From: an uncultured candidate division Zixibacteria bacterium | GTDB lineage: Bacteria > Zixibacteria > MSB-5A5 > GN15 > PGXB01 | DNA length: 64,000 nucleotides | Reading direction: 5' to 3' | Assembly (NCBI GenBank): GCA_963702205.1 | Contig: OY969724.1 | Span: 1,504,001-1,568,000 of the forward strand | Shown: in pieces, positions 1-11,596 of the stretch | Numbering within the stretch: the first letter of the stretch is position 1 | Layout of the letters: every line of letters begins with the position of its first letter | Notes under the pieces: model-generated | What the model saw: the letters and a program-made list of their open reading frames with translations, nothing else | What the model was told of the DNA's origin: nothing | The model's database searches: none | Made by a program: the position numbers and the translations under genes

Positions 1-2
1 TT

Positions 3-116
3 CTGGTGCCGGAGAAAAAAGTTCAGAAAAGCTTTATGGATAAAGTCAAAGATTGGGCCCTGATCCTCGGTGGGTTTGGCGCCGTTTATCTGGCCATAGA
101 TCAGGCCACGGATTAA
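3..116 (+). CDS. 3' end of upstream gene, probably an SLBB/Wza-like polysaccharide export protein (partial)
   Basis: Open frame from the window edge, LVPEKKVQKSFMDKVKDWALILGGFGAVYLAIDQATD*. The 'VPEK' plus C-terminal amphipathic helix is typical of OPX proteins, and it abuts a Wzz/GumC gene. Confidence 0.55.
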   Translation: MVPEKKVQKSFMDKVKDWALILGGFGAVYLAIDQATD

Positions 117-117
117 T

Positions 118-1320
118 ATGGAAAACAAAGAAATCAACCTGTGGAAATTTCTCGAAGTCCTGGCCATTAAGGCAAGATTTATCATCGGCTTCACGGCCGT
201 CGTCACGATTCTGGCGGTCGCTATTGCATTTGTCCTGCCCAAATGGTATTCGGCCCGAACCCTTCTGCTGCCACCCAAAGACGCCGGATCGTACGTCGGC
301 ATGGTTAACGATCTGACCGAGGCGCTCACGCTGACATCGGGCCTGGAGCAGCCGGTCTCGGCCACCCCGGCTGACATATATGTACGTATCCTGAAAAGCC
401 GGACCCTGCTGCGGAAAATTATCGACGCCAACGGCCTGCGTAAGCATTACGGATTGAAATCCGACGAAGATATCATGGATAAAATGGAAAAGTATTATAA
501 TGTGCGTGTCACCGATGAAGGCTTGATTGAAATCGACTTTGAGGATAAAGATCCACGGCTGGCGGCCCAGGTGGCCAATTCATTTGCATCGGAACTGGAC
601 AATCTAAACCAGGATATTGCCGTCTCCCGGGCGCACGGTCTTCGCGAAATGCTCGAAAACCGTCTGGCCGAAGTCGGCTCCAGTCTGGACTCGGCCCGAT
701 CGGCGATCGAGGATTTCCAGCAGAACCATCGGGCCGTCGATATCGACAAGCAAACGGAGCTCGCGATCGAATCGGCGGTAAGTCTGAAAGTAGCACTGGC
801 CGACGCCGAGATCAATCTCAATGTGAAACGCAAGACCTTATCCGATTCGCATCCGGAAGTTATCAATCTGCAGCGGAAAATTAATGAAATAAAAAATCAG
901 ATAAACACGCTGGAATTCGGCGGGGCCGACAGTTCGTATTTTAATCTTCCGGTGGCTGAAGTGCCCCAGTTAAAACAGGATTATGCCCGGCTTATGGCCG
1001 ATATCAAAACATATGAAGCCCTATATCAGTTAATATCACAGCAGTACGAGCAGGTTAAAATACAATCCAGAATGAATGCCCCGACGGTGGCCGTGATCGA
1101 CCCGGCTTATGTTCCGGAAAAGCCGGTCAAGCCGCGCAAGTCGATGATTGTCATGATTGCTTTCGCCCTATCGCTGATCGCGGCTGTCTTTCTGGCTTTG
1201 ATCATGAATTATATTTCCGAGTTGAAAAAGACGTCGCCGGAGGATTATGACCGGGCGTCCGTTTTCCTGGGGACTTATTTCTTCTGGCTTCCGGGGATAA
1301 AAAGAGCGCCCCGTAAGTAA
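118..1320 (+). CDS. Wzz/GumC-family polysaccharide co-polymerase (chain length determinant)
   Basis: N-terminal TM followed by 'PKWYSARTLLLPP', a long coiled coil, and 'VIDPAYVPEKPVKPRK' before a C-terminal TM. Confidence 0.88.
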   Translation: MENKEINLWKFLEVLAIKARFIIGFTAVVTILAVAIAFVLPKWYSARTLLLPPKDAGSYVGMVNDLTEALTLTSGLEQPVSATPADIYVRILKSRTLLRKIIDANGLRKHYGLKSDEDIMDKMEKYYNVRVTDEGLIEIDFEDKDPRLAAQVANSFASELDNLNQDIAVSRAHGLREMLENRLAEVGSSLDSARSAIEDFQQNHRAVDIDKQTELAIESAVSLKVALADAEINLNVKRKTLSDSHPEVINLQRKINEIKNQINTLEFGGADSSYFNLPVAEVPQLKQDYARLMADIKTYEALYQLISQQYEQVKIQSRMNAPTVAVIDPAYVPEKPVKPRKSMIVMIAFALSLIAAVFLALIMNYISELKKTSPEDYDRASVFLGTYFFWLPGIKRAPRK

Positions 1321-1352
1321 AACGATAAATCCATTTTTATCCTGAGGCGAAG

Positions 1353-2111
1353 ATGAGCCAGTCATTTATACATAAGACCGCGAAAGTCGGTCAAGGCAGC
1401 ATATATGGCGATGGTTGTCATGTTAGCGCCAACGCCGTCATCGGGTCCAACTGCCGGATTGGGCATAATGTGATAATCCATGAGGATACCGTCATTGGGG
1501 ATAATGTCCGAATCGACGACGGCGCCATAATCGGCAAGATGCCGATGCGATCGGTAAATTCCGCCATAACCAAAGATGAGCAGCTGCCAGCGGCGCAAAT
1601 CGGCAACGGTTGTTTGATAGGTTCGCATTGCGTGATTTACAGAGGCTGCAATCTGGATGAAGAAATATTGGTGGCCGACCTGGCGACGGTGCGCGAAAAT
1701 GTTACGATCGGCGCCAAAACCATCGTCGGGCGCGGAGTGGCGATCGAGAATTTTTGTACTATCGGGAAATTCTGCAAGCTGGAAACCAATGCCTATATCA
1801 CGGCTCACTCGGTATTGGGAGACCGGGTATTCGTTTCGCCGTGCGTTGCCACGTCGAACGACAATTATGCCGGGCGCTCCGAAGAGCGCAAAAAGCATTA
1901 CAAAGGCGTGACTGTAGAAAAAGGTGGTCGGATAGGAGTTCACGCTACGATTTTGCCGGGGAAGGTCATACATGAGGACGGCCTGGTCGCGGCCGGGGCG
2001 CTTCTGACCAAAGACTGCCCGGCCAAAGAGGTCGTCGCCGGAATCCCGGCCAAGCATAAAGGGCCGGTGCCCGACGATCAACTGCTCGAAAATCAGGGCT
2101 GGGAGGAATAA
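1353..2111 (+). CDS. Hexapeptide-repeat N-acetyltransferase (WbpD/WlbB-like)
   Basis: Left-handed beta-helix hexapeptide repeats, 'TSNDNY' and 'VVAGIPAK'; adjacent to a DegT aminotransferase. Confidence 0.85.
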   Translation: MSQSFIHKTAKVGQGSIYGDGCHVSANAVIGSNCRIGHNVIIHEDTVIGDNVRIDDGAIIGKMPMRSVNSAITKDEQLPAAQIGNGCLIGSHCVIYRGCNLDEEILVADLATVRENVTIGAKTIVGRGVAIENFCTIGKFCKLETNAYITAHSVLGDRVFVSPCVATSNDNYAGRSEERKKHYKGVTVEKGGRIGVHATILPGKVIHEDGLVAAGALLTKDCPAKEVVAGIPAKHKGPVPDDQLLENQGWEE

Positions 2112-2114
2112 GAG

Positions 2115-3218
2115 ATGAACGTTCCACTGCTCGATATGTCCCGCCAATATGCTTCAATCGGAGAGGAACTGGAAAAGGCAGCGGCAGAAGTCATTCGCCA
2201 CGGTAAATATATCAACGGCCCTGAAGTTGGCGAGTTCGAAAAACAGATCGCGGCTTTCTGCGGTGAAGGATGTACAGGAGTGGGAGTTGCCTCCGGTACC
2301 GATGCCCTGCTTCTGGCTTTGAGGGCCGCCGGTATCGGTGAAGGCGATGAAGTTATTCTGCCCGCATTTTCATTCATATCCAGTGCCAGTGTCATAATGC
2401 TGTTGAACGGTCGCCCGGTTTTTGTGGATATTAATCCTGACACGTACAATATCGATCCTGCCAAATTCGAAGCGGCTGTAACGCCCAGGACCAAGGCGGT
2501 CGTACCGGTGTATTTGTTCGGACAGTGTGCCGAGATGGATGAAATTTGCGACATTGCCCGTTGTCAGAACATTAAGATTATCGAGGACGCGGCCCAGGCG
2601 ATAGGAGCCGAATATAAGGATAAGAAAGCCGGGGCAATTGGCGATTTCGGCTGTTTTTCGTTTTATCCTACAAAAAATCTTGGAGGAGCCGGTGACGGTG
2701 GCATGATCGTCGTACGTAATCCCGATTACGATGAAACTCTGAGGATGCTTCGCAGTCACGGTTGGAAAGAGAAATATAACGCGCTGATGGTTGGATATAA
2801 TTCGAGATTGGATACGATTCAGGCGGCCATGCTTCTGGTCAAGCTTAACTACCTCGATAAATGGACCGAAGCTCGTCGGGCTCACGCCGAGTATTATGAT
2901 AAAATGCTGGCCGATTCTCCGGTCAAAACACCGGTTGCCCGCGAGTATTGTTATCATATTTATAATCAGTACACCATTGCCGTCGACAACCGCGATGAAT
3001 TAATGGCGGAGTTGAAAAAGAACGGGATAGGCTTTGAGATTTATTACCCGTACCCGTTCCATCTGCTGGAAAGCTATAAATCTCTGAACTACGCACCCGG
3101 CGATTTCCCGGTGTCCGAGAAAGCCGCGGCGTCGGTGCTGTCTCTTCCGGTTTATCCTGAGCTGACGAAGGAAGAACAGGACCGGGTTATAGAGGTCGTG
3201 TTGTCGGCGTGCAAATGA
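2115..3218 (+). CDS. DegT/DnrJ/EryC1/StrS PLP-dependent sugar aminotransferase (WbpE/GnnB-like)
   Basis: Motifs SGTDAL, IEDAAQAIG, FSFYPTKNLGGAGDGG and GYNSRLDTIQAA. Confidence 0.95.
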   Translation: MNVPLLDMSRQYASIGEELEKAAAEVIRHGKYINGPEVGEFEKQIAAFCGEGCTGVGVASGTDALLLALRAAGIGEGDEVILPAFSFISSASVIMLLNGRPVFVDINPDTYNIDPAKFEAAVTPRTKAVVPVYLFGQCAEMDEICDIARCQNIKIIEDAAQAIGAEYKDKKAGAIGDFGCFSFYPTKNLGGAGDGGMIVVRNPDYDETLRMLRSHGWKEKYNALMVGYNSRLDTIQAAMLLVKLNYLDKWTEARRAHAEYYDKMLADSPVKTPVAREYCYHIYNQYTIAVDNRDELMAELKKNGIGFEIYYPYPFHLLESYKSLNYAPGDFPVSEKAAASVLSLPVYPELTKEEQDRVIEVVLSACK

Positions 3219-3259
3219 CGTTGTGATATTGATGCGGGTCAGGTGATATATTCTGAAAT

Positions 3260-4636
3260 ATGAACGCGAGATTACAAATATCCAACCGAACTTTTGAATT
3301 TTCCCCGGTCATATTGCTTGCATTTTTGGTTTTTCTGGCCGCACCGTTTATATTCATGCATCGCTATAGTGCCGCCGTCATGCTGCTGGCCGCACCGCTA
3401 TTTCTTACGCTGGCGATAAGTCCAAGAGTGTTCATGTATCTGTACGTCCTAACCTTGTCGTTTTTTATCTATCCCGTACCCGGTATCCCTCTTCTGATCA
3501 CCGACTATGTTATCGTAGGTATGATTTTGGCTTTCGTAATAGACTTCCTCGTAAATATCCGCGAAAACCTGTCGGTACCCCGGATAAGCACTAATTATCT
3601 GATATTCATTGGCGCGATGTTTGTCTCGGCCCTGGCCGCCTACGATCCGATGCATTCGATTACCCCGGTGCTGCGGGCGGGGCTGCAACTGGTCCTGCTG
3701 ATCATGTTTTATAACCGCATGGACAAAGCCGACATTGCACGGTTGGCCAAGCTCTATTTCTGGGTTATGGTCGTTCAAGCGGTATTTATTGCGTTTTCGT
3801 TTATTTCGCTTGGAGGTATCCACCGGGTGTTCGGTATCGCCGGCACGTACGCCGATGACCTGGCCATGGTGGCGTTTCCGATCGGACTGGCGTTTGCCGT
3901 ATGGTCGAAATCTCGAACTCAGTCGCGGCTGTATGGTCTGGGGACAATCGTAATCCTGGCGGGTCTGCTTTCGACTCAATCCCGGTTTCCGATTTTTACG
4001 GTAGCCTGGGTCGGCTTTATTGTCCTTGTCGTTTCGTGGCATTATGCCGGGAAGGCCGGGCTTTACGCGACTCGCCGGAGAATTAAGCTGGCGTTTCTGG
4101 CGTCGGGAACAATTATCGTCTTGATTCTGGCGGGGCTGACGATTTTCACTGGTATCGTCGGGCGATTCGATTATGTCTTCTCCAGGCATATGGGCAGTTC
4201 GGTGCTGATGAGATTTTCGCTCTGGAAAACGGCACTTCTGGTTTTTCTCAAAGACCCGCTTTTAGGTATAGGCCCGGGCAATTTCCGGTTTGTCGATTCG
4301 TTGATACCGTCGGTTAAGTTCGTGGTCATACGCTATCTGGTTCGCGGACTTTCAGCTCACAATATGGTGCTGCACTATATGGCCGAGACGGGAATCCTCG
4401 GTGTGACCGCTCTGGTCTGGCTGTATGCCAGGTATTTCAAAATCGCCTTGACACATATGCGCAACACGATATCGCAGTTTCCCATGGTCATGCGCATGGC
4501 CATGTTCGGCGTGGCCCTGACTATTTTCGGCGAGATATTTTATATGGATGGCTGGATGTGGGGCCTGACCGCTTTCCCGGTGCCGTTGTTTATGGCGCTG
4601 ACCTGTCGTATGGTTAAAGAGGATCATGCCGGTTAA
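3260..4636 (+). CDS. O-antigen ligase/polymerase family (Wzy_C) membrane protein
   Basis: About 12 TM segments; 'TQSR', 'R...W...PLLGIGPGNF' and 'AHN..LH..AETGILG'. Confidence 0.88.
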   Translation: MNARLQISNRTFEFSPVILLAFLVFLAAPFIFMHRYSAAVMLLAAPLFLTLAISPRVFMYLYVLTLSFFIYPVPGIPLLITDYVIVGMILAFVIDFLVNIRENLSVPRISTNYLIFIGAMFVSALAAYDPMHSITPVLRAGLQLVLLIMFYNRMDKADIARLAKLYFWVMVVQAVFIAFSFISLGGIHRVFGIAGTYADDLAMVAFPIGLAFAVWSKSRTQSRLYGLGTIVILAGLLSTQSRFPIFTVAWVGFIVLVVSWHYAGKAGLYATRRRIKLAFLASGTIIVLILAGLTIFTGIVGRFDYVFSRHMGSSVLMRFSLWKTALLVFLKDPLLGIGPGNFRFVDSLIPSVKFVVIRYLVRGLSAHNMVLHYMAETGILGVTALVWLYARYFKIALTHMRNTISQFPMVMRMAMFGVALTIFGEIFYMDGWMWGLTAFPVPLFMALTCRMVKEDHAG

Positions 4637-5693
4637 AATAGTCATGCTGGCCGACTCGCGGTCGGTGCACGTCCGGCGCTGGTCGCGCTCACTGGTCGAC
4701 CGCGGCATTCAATTAACTCTCATTTCGCTGGGCGGAGACGACGTCGAAAAAGTCGATTTGATCAAAGTCCCGTTTTCCGGAAACCGCCGCCTTGATTTCC
4801 TTCGCCGCGCCGAATATGTCAAAAGACTAATCGAGCAAATCGAACCGGACGTCGTTCACGCGCATTATGCGTCAAGCTACGGTTATTGGGGAATGAAGTC
4901 CGGTTTTCGACCATTTCTATTGTCGGTCTGGGGGACGGATGTCGTCGAATTCCCGAGTAACATGATCAGCCGAATATTTTTAAAGCGCATCATAAAAAGT
5001 GCCGATGTCATCACGGCTACGAGTGAATATTTGAGAGGCGTCGCCTCAAAATTTATGGATGACAATAGGACCCCGGTTTATGTGGTCCCGTTCGGCGTCG
5101 AAATCGGACCGATGGCATCCAAAAAGACAGTTTCCGATACCGTCCGGTTGATTTACACCAAGGGGCATCATAAACGTTATGGCCCGGATATTCTCCTGAA
5201 GGCCTTCAAGGCGGCATTGGAAAAGTGCTCGTCGCTTTCTCTGACTTTGGCCGGGGAGGGCAAGATGACGCCGCAGCTAAAGAAAATGGCTGCCAACCTC
5301 GGAATCGCCGACAAAATGGAATTTACCGGGTTTATTGATAATGGTAAAGTTCCCGCAGAGCTGGCCGCTCACGATATTCTTGTTATGCCGTCGCTTCGCG
5401 AGGGCTTCGGGGTGTCGTCGCTCGAAGCGTCGGCTACCGGACTGCCGACCATTGCCACGAATGTCGGAGGGATTCCCGAAATTGTCGTCGATGGTAAAAC
5501 CGGCCTTCTGGTGCCGCCTGGGGATGTGTCGGCACTGGCCGAAGCGATTGTCCGGTTTGCGCAGGACGCCGGATTACGGCACGATTTTGGGATGAACGCC
5601 CGGGCGTTTGTTGAAAAACGGTATAACTGGGACAAAAATGTGGATCAAATGATCGACCTGTATGAATTTCTTGTCAAAAACTCCCGCATTTAA
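4626..5693 (+). CDS. Glycosyltransferase family 4
   Basis: 'VHAHYASSYG', 'EGFGVSSLEASATGLPTIATNVGGIPE'. Confidence 0.93.
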   Translation: MPVKIVMLADSRSVHVRRWSRSLVDRGIQLTLISLGGDDVEKVDLIKVPFSGNRRLDFLRRAEYVKRLIEQIEPDVVHAHYASSYGYWGMKSGFRPFLLSVWGTDVVEFPSNMISRIFLKRIIKSADVITATSEYLRGVASKFMDDNRTPVYVVPFGVEIGPMASKKTVSDTVRLIYTKGHHKRYGPDILLKAFKAALEKCSSLSLTLAGEGKMTPQLKKMAANLGIADKMEFTGFIDNGKVPAELAAHDILVMPSLREGFGVSSLEASATGLPTIATNVGGIPEIVVDGKTGLLVPPGDVSALAEAIVRFAQDAGLRHDFGMNARAFVEKRYNWDKNVDQMIDLYEFLVKNSRI

Positions 5694-5753
5694 TTTTCCG
5701 ATTTCTATTTGATATCAAGCCGGTCCTTTATTAGATTATAGCGGAGTTGTACT

Positions 5754-6749
5754 ATGCCGGCTAATTTGCCACCTCAATATTACGAACTGGAACGCGATTT
5801 CAAAAGCGAGCGCGACCCGCGTGAGAAATTGCGGCTGGCCAAAGAACTTCTGGCCATGATGCCCAAGCACAAGGGGACCGATAAGCTCCAGGCCGAGATG
5901 AAGGCCAAAATTTCCAAACTCAGCAATCAAATCGAGGGGACACAGAAATCCCACGGCGCGAAGACGTCGGAATCGTTCGATCATATCCCCCGCGAGGGCG
6001 CCGCACAGGTGATTTTAATCGGTCCGCCCAATACGGGGAAATCATCGCTGGTGGACGCCCTGACCAGCGCGCACGTCGTTATCGGCGATTACCCTTTTTC
6101 CACGCGCGAGCCGATAGCCGGGATGATGAAATATGAAACGATACAGATCCAGCTTATCGATACTCCGCCCATATCGCACGAATACTGCGAGTCGTTCGTT
6201 TTTCCTCTTATCCGCCAGGCCGATCTGGCGGTAATCGTGGTCGATGCCTGCGATTCCGGTATGGTTCGGGCGGTCGAAACGATGTTCGGAATTCTGGACG
6301 AAAAGCGAATCCGTATCGCCCCCCGCATCGATACCAATCTCGAAGATCCGCGTATGACATACAAGCGTGGGATATTTGCCGCACACAAATATCTTGATGA
6401 CGGCGGTCAGGCAGGGCTGGAGGAACTCGATGCCAATTTCTCGGAGTACAAAATATTCCCGACCTCGATTCTTGAAGATGAATCCGTTGAGAAGTTTCGC
6501 AAAGGCATCTTTGATTCGCTCGGTATCATTAGAGTTTTCACCAAACCGGTTGGCAAAGAGGCCGATTTCAACGACCCGATCATTTTGCCGGCAGGCGGGA
6601 CGGTCGAGGACGCGGCTTTGACGCTGCATAAGGATTTTGTCAATAAACTTCATTTCGCCCGACTCTGGGGAACGGGAAAATTCGAGGGGCAAAAGGTCAG
6701 GATCGATTATCAGCTATCTGACGGAGATATAATTGAGTTTCATATTTAA
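5754..6749 (+). CDS. DRG/OBG-like GTPase with C-terminal TGS domain
   Basis: N-terminal 'PKHKGTDKL...KAKISKL', G1 GPPNTGKS, 'YPFST', G3 DTPP, TGS 'IIRVFTK...ARLWG...LSDGDIIEFH'. Confidence 0.9.
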   Translation: MPANLPPQYYELERDFKSERDPREKLRLAKELLAMMPKHKGTDKLQAEMKAKISKLSNQIEGTQKSHGAKTSESFDHIPREGAAQVILIGPPNTGKSSLVDALTSAHVVIGDYPFSTREPIAGMMKYETIQIQLIDTPPISHEYCESFVFPLIRQADLAVIVVDACDSGMVRAVETMFGILDEKRIRIAPRIDTNLEDPRMTYKRGIFAAHKYLDDGGQAGLEELDANFSEYKIFPTSILEDESVEKFRKGIFDSLGIIRVFTKPVGKEADFNDPIILPAGGTVEDAALTLHKDFVNKLHFARLWGTGKFEGQKVRIDYQLSDGDIIEFHI

Positions 6750-6824
6750 AATGCCTCGATTAATGAAATTACGTGAAATTTCTGGAAACCCGGCCATAAT
6801 TGGCTTGGTTTAAAAAATAAGAGC

Positions 6825-6853
6825 TTGACTGACAGGCCTGAAGTTTTTATTAT
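6825..6853 (+). promoter_or_regulatory. sigma70 promoter of the tRNA pair
   Basis: TTGACT-N17-TATTAT, 17 nt upstream of the first tRNA. Confidence 0.7.
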
Positions 6854-6870
6854 AGTAGACTTTAACTTTT

Positions 6871-6944
6871 GGGCCCATAGCTCAGTCGGTTAGAGCAGCT
6901 GACTCATAATCAGCGGGTCCCAGGTTCGAGTCCTGGTGGGCCCA
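6871..6944 (+). tRNA. tRNA-Ile2 (anticodon CAU, lysidine-modified); CCA not encoded
   Basis: Cloverleaf GGGCCCA...TGGGCCC-A, anticodon arm GCTGA-CTCATAA-TCAGC, T-loop GTTCGAG. The acceptor stem resembles Ile2 rather than initiator or elongator Met. Confidence 0.9.
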
Positions 6945-6976
6945 GAGAATGATGTTTGAAACCTTTAGTTTTTGAC

Positions 6977-7050
6977 GGGCAATTAGCTCAGTTGGTTAGA
7001 GCGTTCGGTTCACATCCGAGAGGCCACTGGTTCGAGTCCAGTATTGCCCA
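6977..7050 (+). tRNA. tRNA-Val (anticodon CAC); CCA not encoded
   Basis: Cloverleaf GGGCAAT...ATTGCCC-A, anticodon arm TTCGG-TTCACAT-CCGAG, T-loop GTTCGAG. Confidence 0.93.
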
Positions 7051-7152
7051 ATAAAATGACGCTGGTATGATTGATACGAGCTTAGAGCCCCGTGAATATC
7101 GGGGAATGAAAATCAAAAAAGCCTGCCACCAAATAACAGGCATAGAGAAATT

Positions 7153-7186
7153 AACGCAGTCTCAGATGGTTGAGACTGCGTTTTTT
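7153..7186 (+). terminator. Rho-independent terminator
   Basis: 12-bp stem AACGCAGTCTCA/TGAGACTGCGTT followed by a T-run. Confidence 0.85.
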
Positions 7187-7207
7187 AATTGAGGAAAGTG
7201 ATCTATT

Positions 7208-9402
<2,195 letters not shown>

Positions 9403-9440
9403 AATTGATTGTAGTTGTTAACAATAGAGTGGAACTAGCA

Positions 9441-9814
9441 CAGAAAGAGGAAAACACGGTCGCGCTTTATGAAAACGTAAAGTGAGGAAAGTCCGAGCTT
9501 CTAAAGCCGGGGTGCCCGGTAACGCCGGGGCGGAGCGATCCGACGGAAAGTGCCGCAGAAAACAAACAGCCAAGCCGCCCGTTCGCGGGCGGCGGCAATG
9601 GTGAAAACGTGGTGTAAGAGACCACGCCGGACCGTGGAAACACGGGCCGGGGTAAACCCCACCCGAAGCAAAACCAAATAGGGGAAGAGGGACCGGCTTT
9701 TCCCGCTTGATTCCCGGGTAGGTTGCACGGAATCGGCAGGCAACTGTCCGATCAAGATAAATGACCGTGACTGCCCTCGGGCAGCACAGAACTCGGCTTA
9801 TTTTCCTCTTTCTG
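9441..9814 (+). ncRNA. rnpB: RNase P RNA (bacterial type A)
   Basis: GAGGAAAGTCCGAGC...GGAAAGTGCCGCAGAAA...GGTAAACCCC...ACAGAACTCGGCTTA, with a compensatory change in P4; terminal helix CAGAAAGAGGAAAA/TTTTCCTCTTTCTG. Confidence 0.97.
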
Positions 9815-9840
9815 GCTTCCGAAAATAAGGAAGCCGTATA

Positions 9841-11590
9841 ATGAGTTTAATCACCAAGGGTGTCCCGCTGAAATGGGTCGTGGCTGAGCACACCGATCTC
9901 GACCGCATCCAGAAAGTCAGCGAGCAGGTGGGACTGGACAAGACGGTCACCACCATCCTTTTCAATCGCCAGATCGATACCCCCGAAGCGATTAGCGAAT
10001 TTCTTAATCCCAAGCTGGCCGATCTTCAGGACCCGTTTAACATGTTCGGCATGGTGGAGGCGATCGACAGAATTTTGATCGCCCTCCGTGAAAACGAAAA
10101 GATCATGGTTTACGGGGACTACGACGTCGACGGCATCACCGCTACATCGCTTTTGTACCTTGTCCTCAACAAGCTCGGAGCTCAGGTAATTTATTACCTG
10201 CCCAACCGGCTGGTGGAGGGCTATGGTCTGTCGATCGAGGGGATCAAGGAAGCCGAGTCGAAAGGCATCTCGCTGATTGTCTCGGTCGATACCGGCGTGA
10301 CGGCGGTCAGCGAAGTCGAGTACGCCCGTTCGCTGGGAATCGACTGCATTCTAACCGACCATCACGAGCCCGGCGAGATTCTCCCGAAGGCGGTGGCGCT
10401 CGTCAATCCCAAGCAGAAGGAATGTACTTACGACGGCGGCGAATTGTCCGGGGTCGGAGTGGCGTTCAAAGTGGCCCAGGCTCTGTATCAGCGGCTGGGG
10501 CAGGACATCACGGAACTGGAAGAACACCTCGATCTGGTGGCGCTGGGCACGTCGGCGGATATCGTCCCGCTGGTCGGCGAAAACCGGACTTTGACAAAGT
10601 ACGGGATCAAACAGATCGCCCGGACGACCAAACCCGGCCTCAAGTCGCTGGCATTCGTGTCCGGCCTGATGGGCAAAGACATCGGCACCGGGCAGGTTGT
10701 GTTTATTCTGGCACCGAGGATCAATGCCGTGGGACGTCTCGGCGACGCCGAGATGGCAATCAAGCTTCTGACGACCAAGGACGAGCGTATGGCGGCGGAT
10801 ATCGCCCGTAAGCTCGACCGTGAAAATCAGCGCCGAAAAGATATCGACGAAAAAACGCTGAATGAAGCGCTCGACCAGATTAGATTGCACGTCGATATTT
10901 CCAACGACCGGGCCATCGTCCTGGCGTCCGAGGGTTGGCATCAGGGCGTAATCGGAATCGTCGCCAGCCGCCTGGTGGAGCGTTTTCACTTGCCGACCGT
11001 CATGATCGCAATCGACGGCGACGAAGGCAAAGGCAGCGCCAGGTCAATACCGGGCTTCCACCTGTGCGACGCCCTGAAAGAATGCGAGGATCTTCTCCTG
11101 CGTTACGGTGGTCACAAGTACGCCGCCGGACTGACCATACAGCCCGGCAAAATCGAGCCGTTCCGGGCTCGTTTGAAAGAAGTGTCTTCGCGACTTCTGA
11201 CCGATGAAGATCTCATCGCCAAGCTGTATATCGATTCCGAAATCGAGCTGACCGAAATAAACAACCATCTGCTCGACGTCATCGAGACTTTCGCACCGTT
11301 CGGACCGCAGAACATGCGACCCATTTTCCTGACGCGCAACTGTGAGATACTCGGGCAGCCGGTACTGTGTCGGACGCAATCACCTGAAGATGAAAGTTCG
11401 CAAAGGCGACGCCGTGTTCGACGTCATCGGTTTCGGGTTCGGCGACTGGGTGCGCAATCTTTCCGGGCGCGGAAATCTCGTTGACCTCGTTTATGTGATC
11501 GAGTACAATCACTGGAAAGACGTCACGCGGATTCAACTGCGACTCAAAGACCTGCGACTGGCCGCCGGAGATATAGGCACTTATAGCTAA
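9841..11590 (+). CDS. recJ: ssDNA exonuclease RecJ (apparent +1 frameshift at ~11361)
   Basis: 'GDYDVDG', 'DHH', 'GSARS', 'GGHKYAAG', 'APFGPQN'. The C-terminal 'YCVGRNHLK...IQLRLKD' continues in the 11342..11590 frame. Confidence 0.93.
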
Positions 11591-11596
11591 GGCGAT

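Noticed and set aside
6871..7050. Integrated island or prophage at the tRNAs
   Set aside because: No integrase, no duplicated tRNA 3' end seen in the window, and the flanking genes are housekeeping.
9501..9755. 84-aa minus-strand ORF
   Set aside because: It is antisense to RNase P RNA and is spurious.
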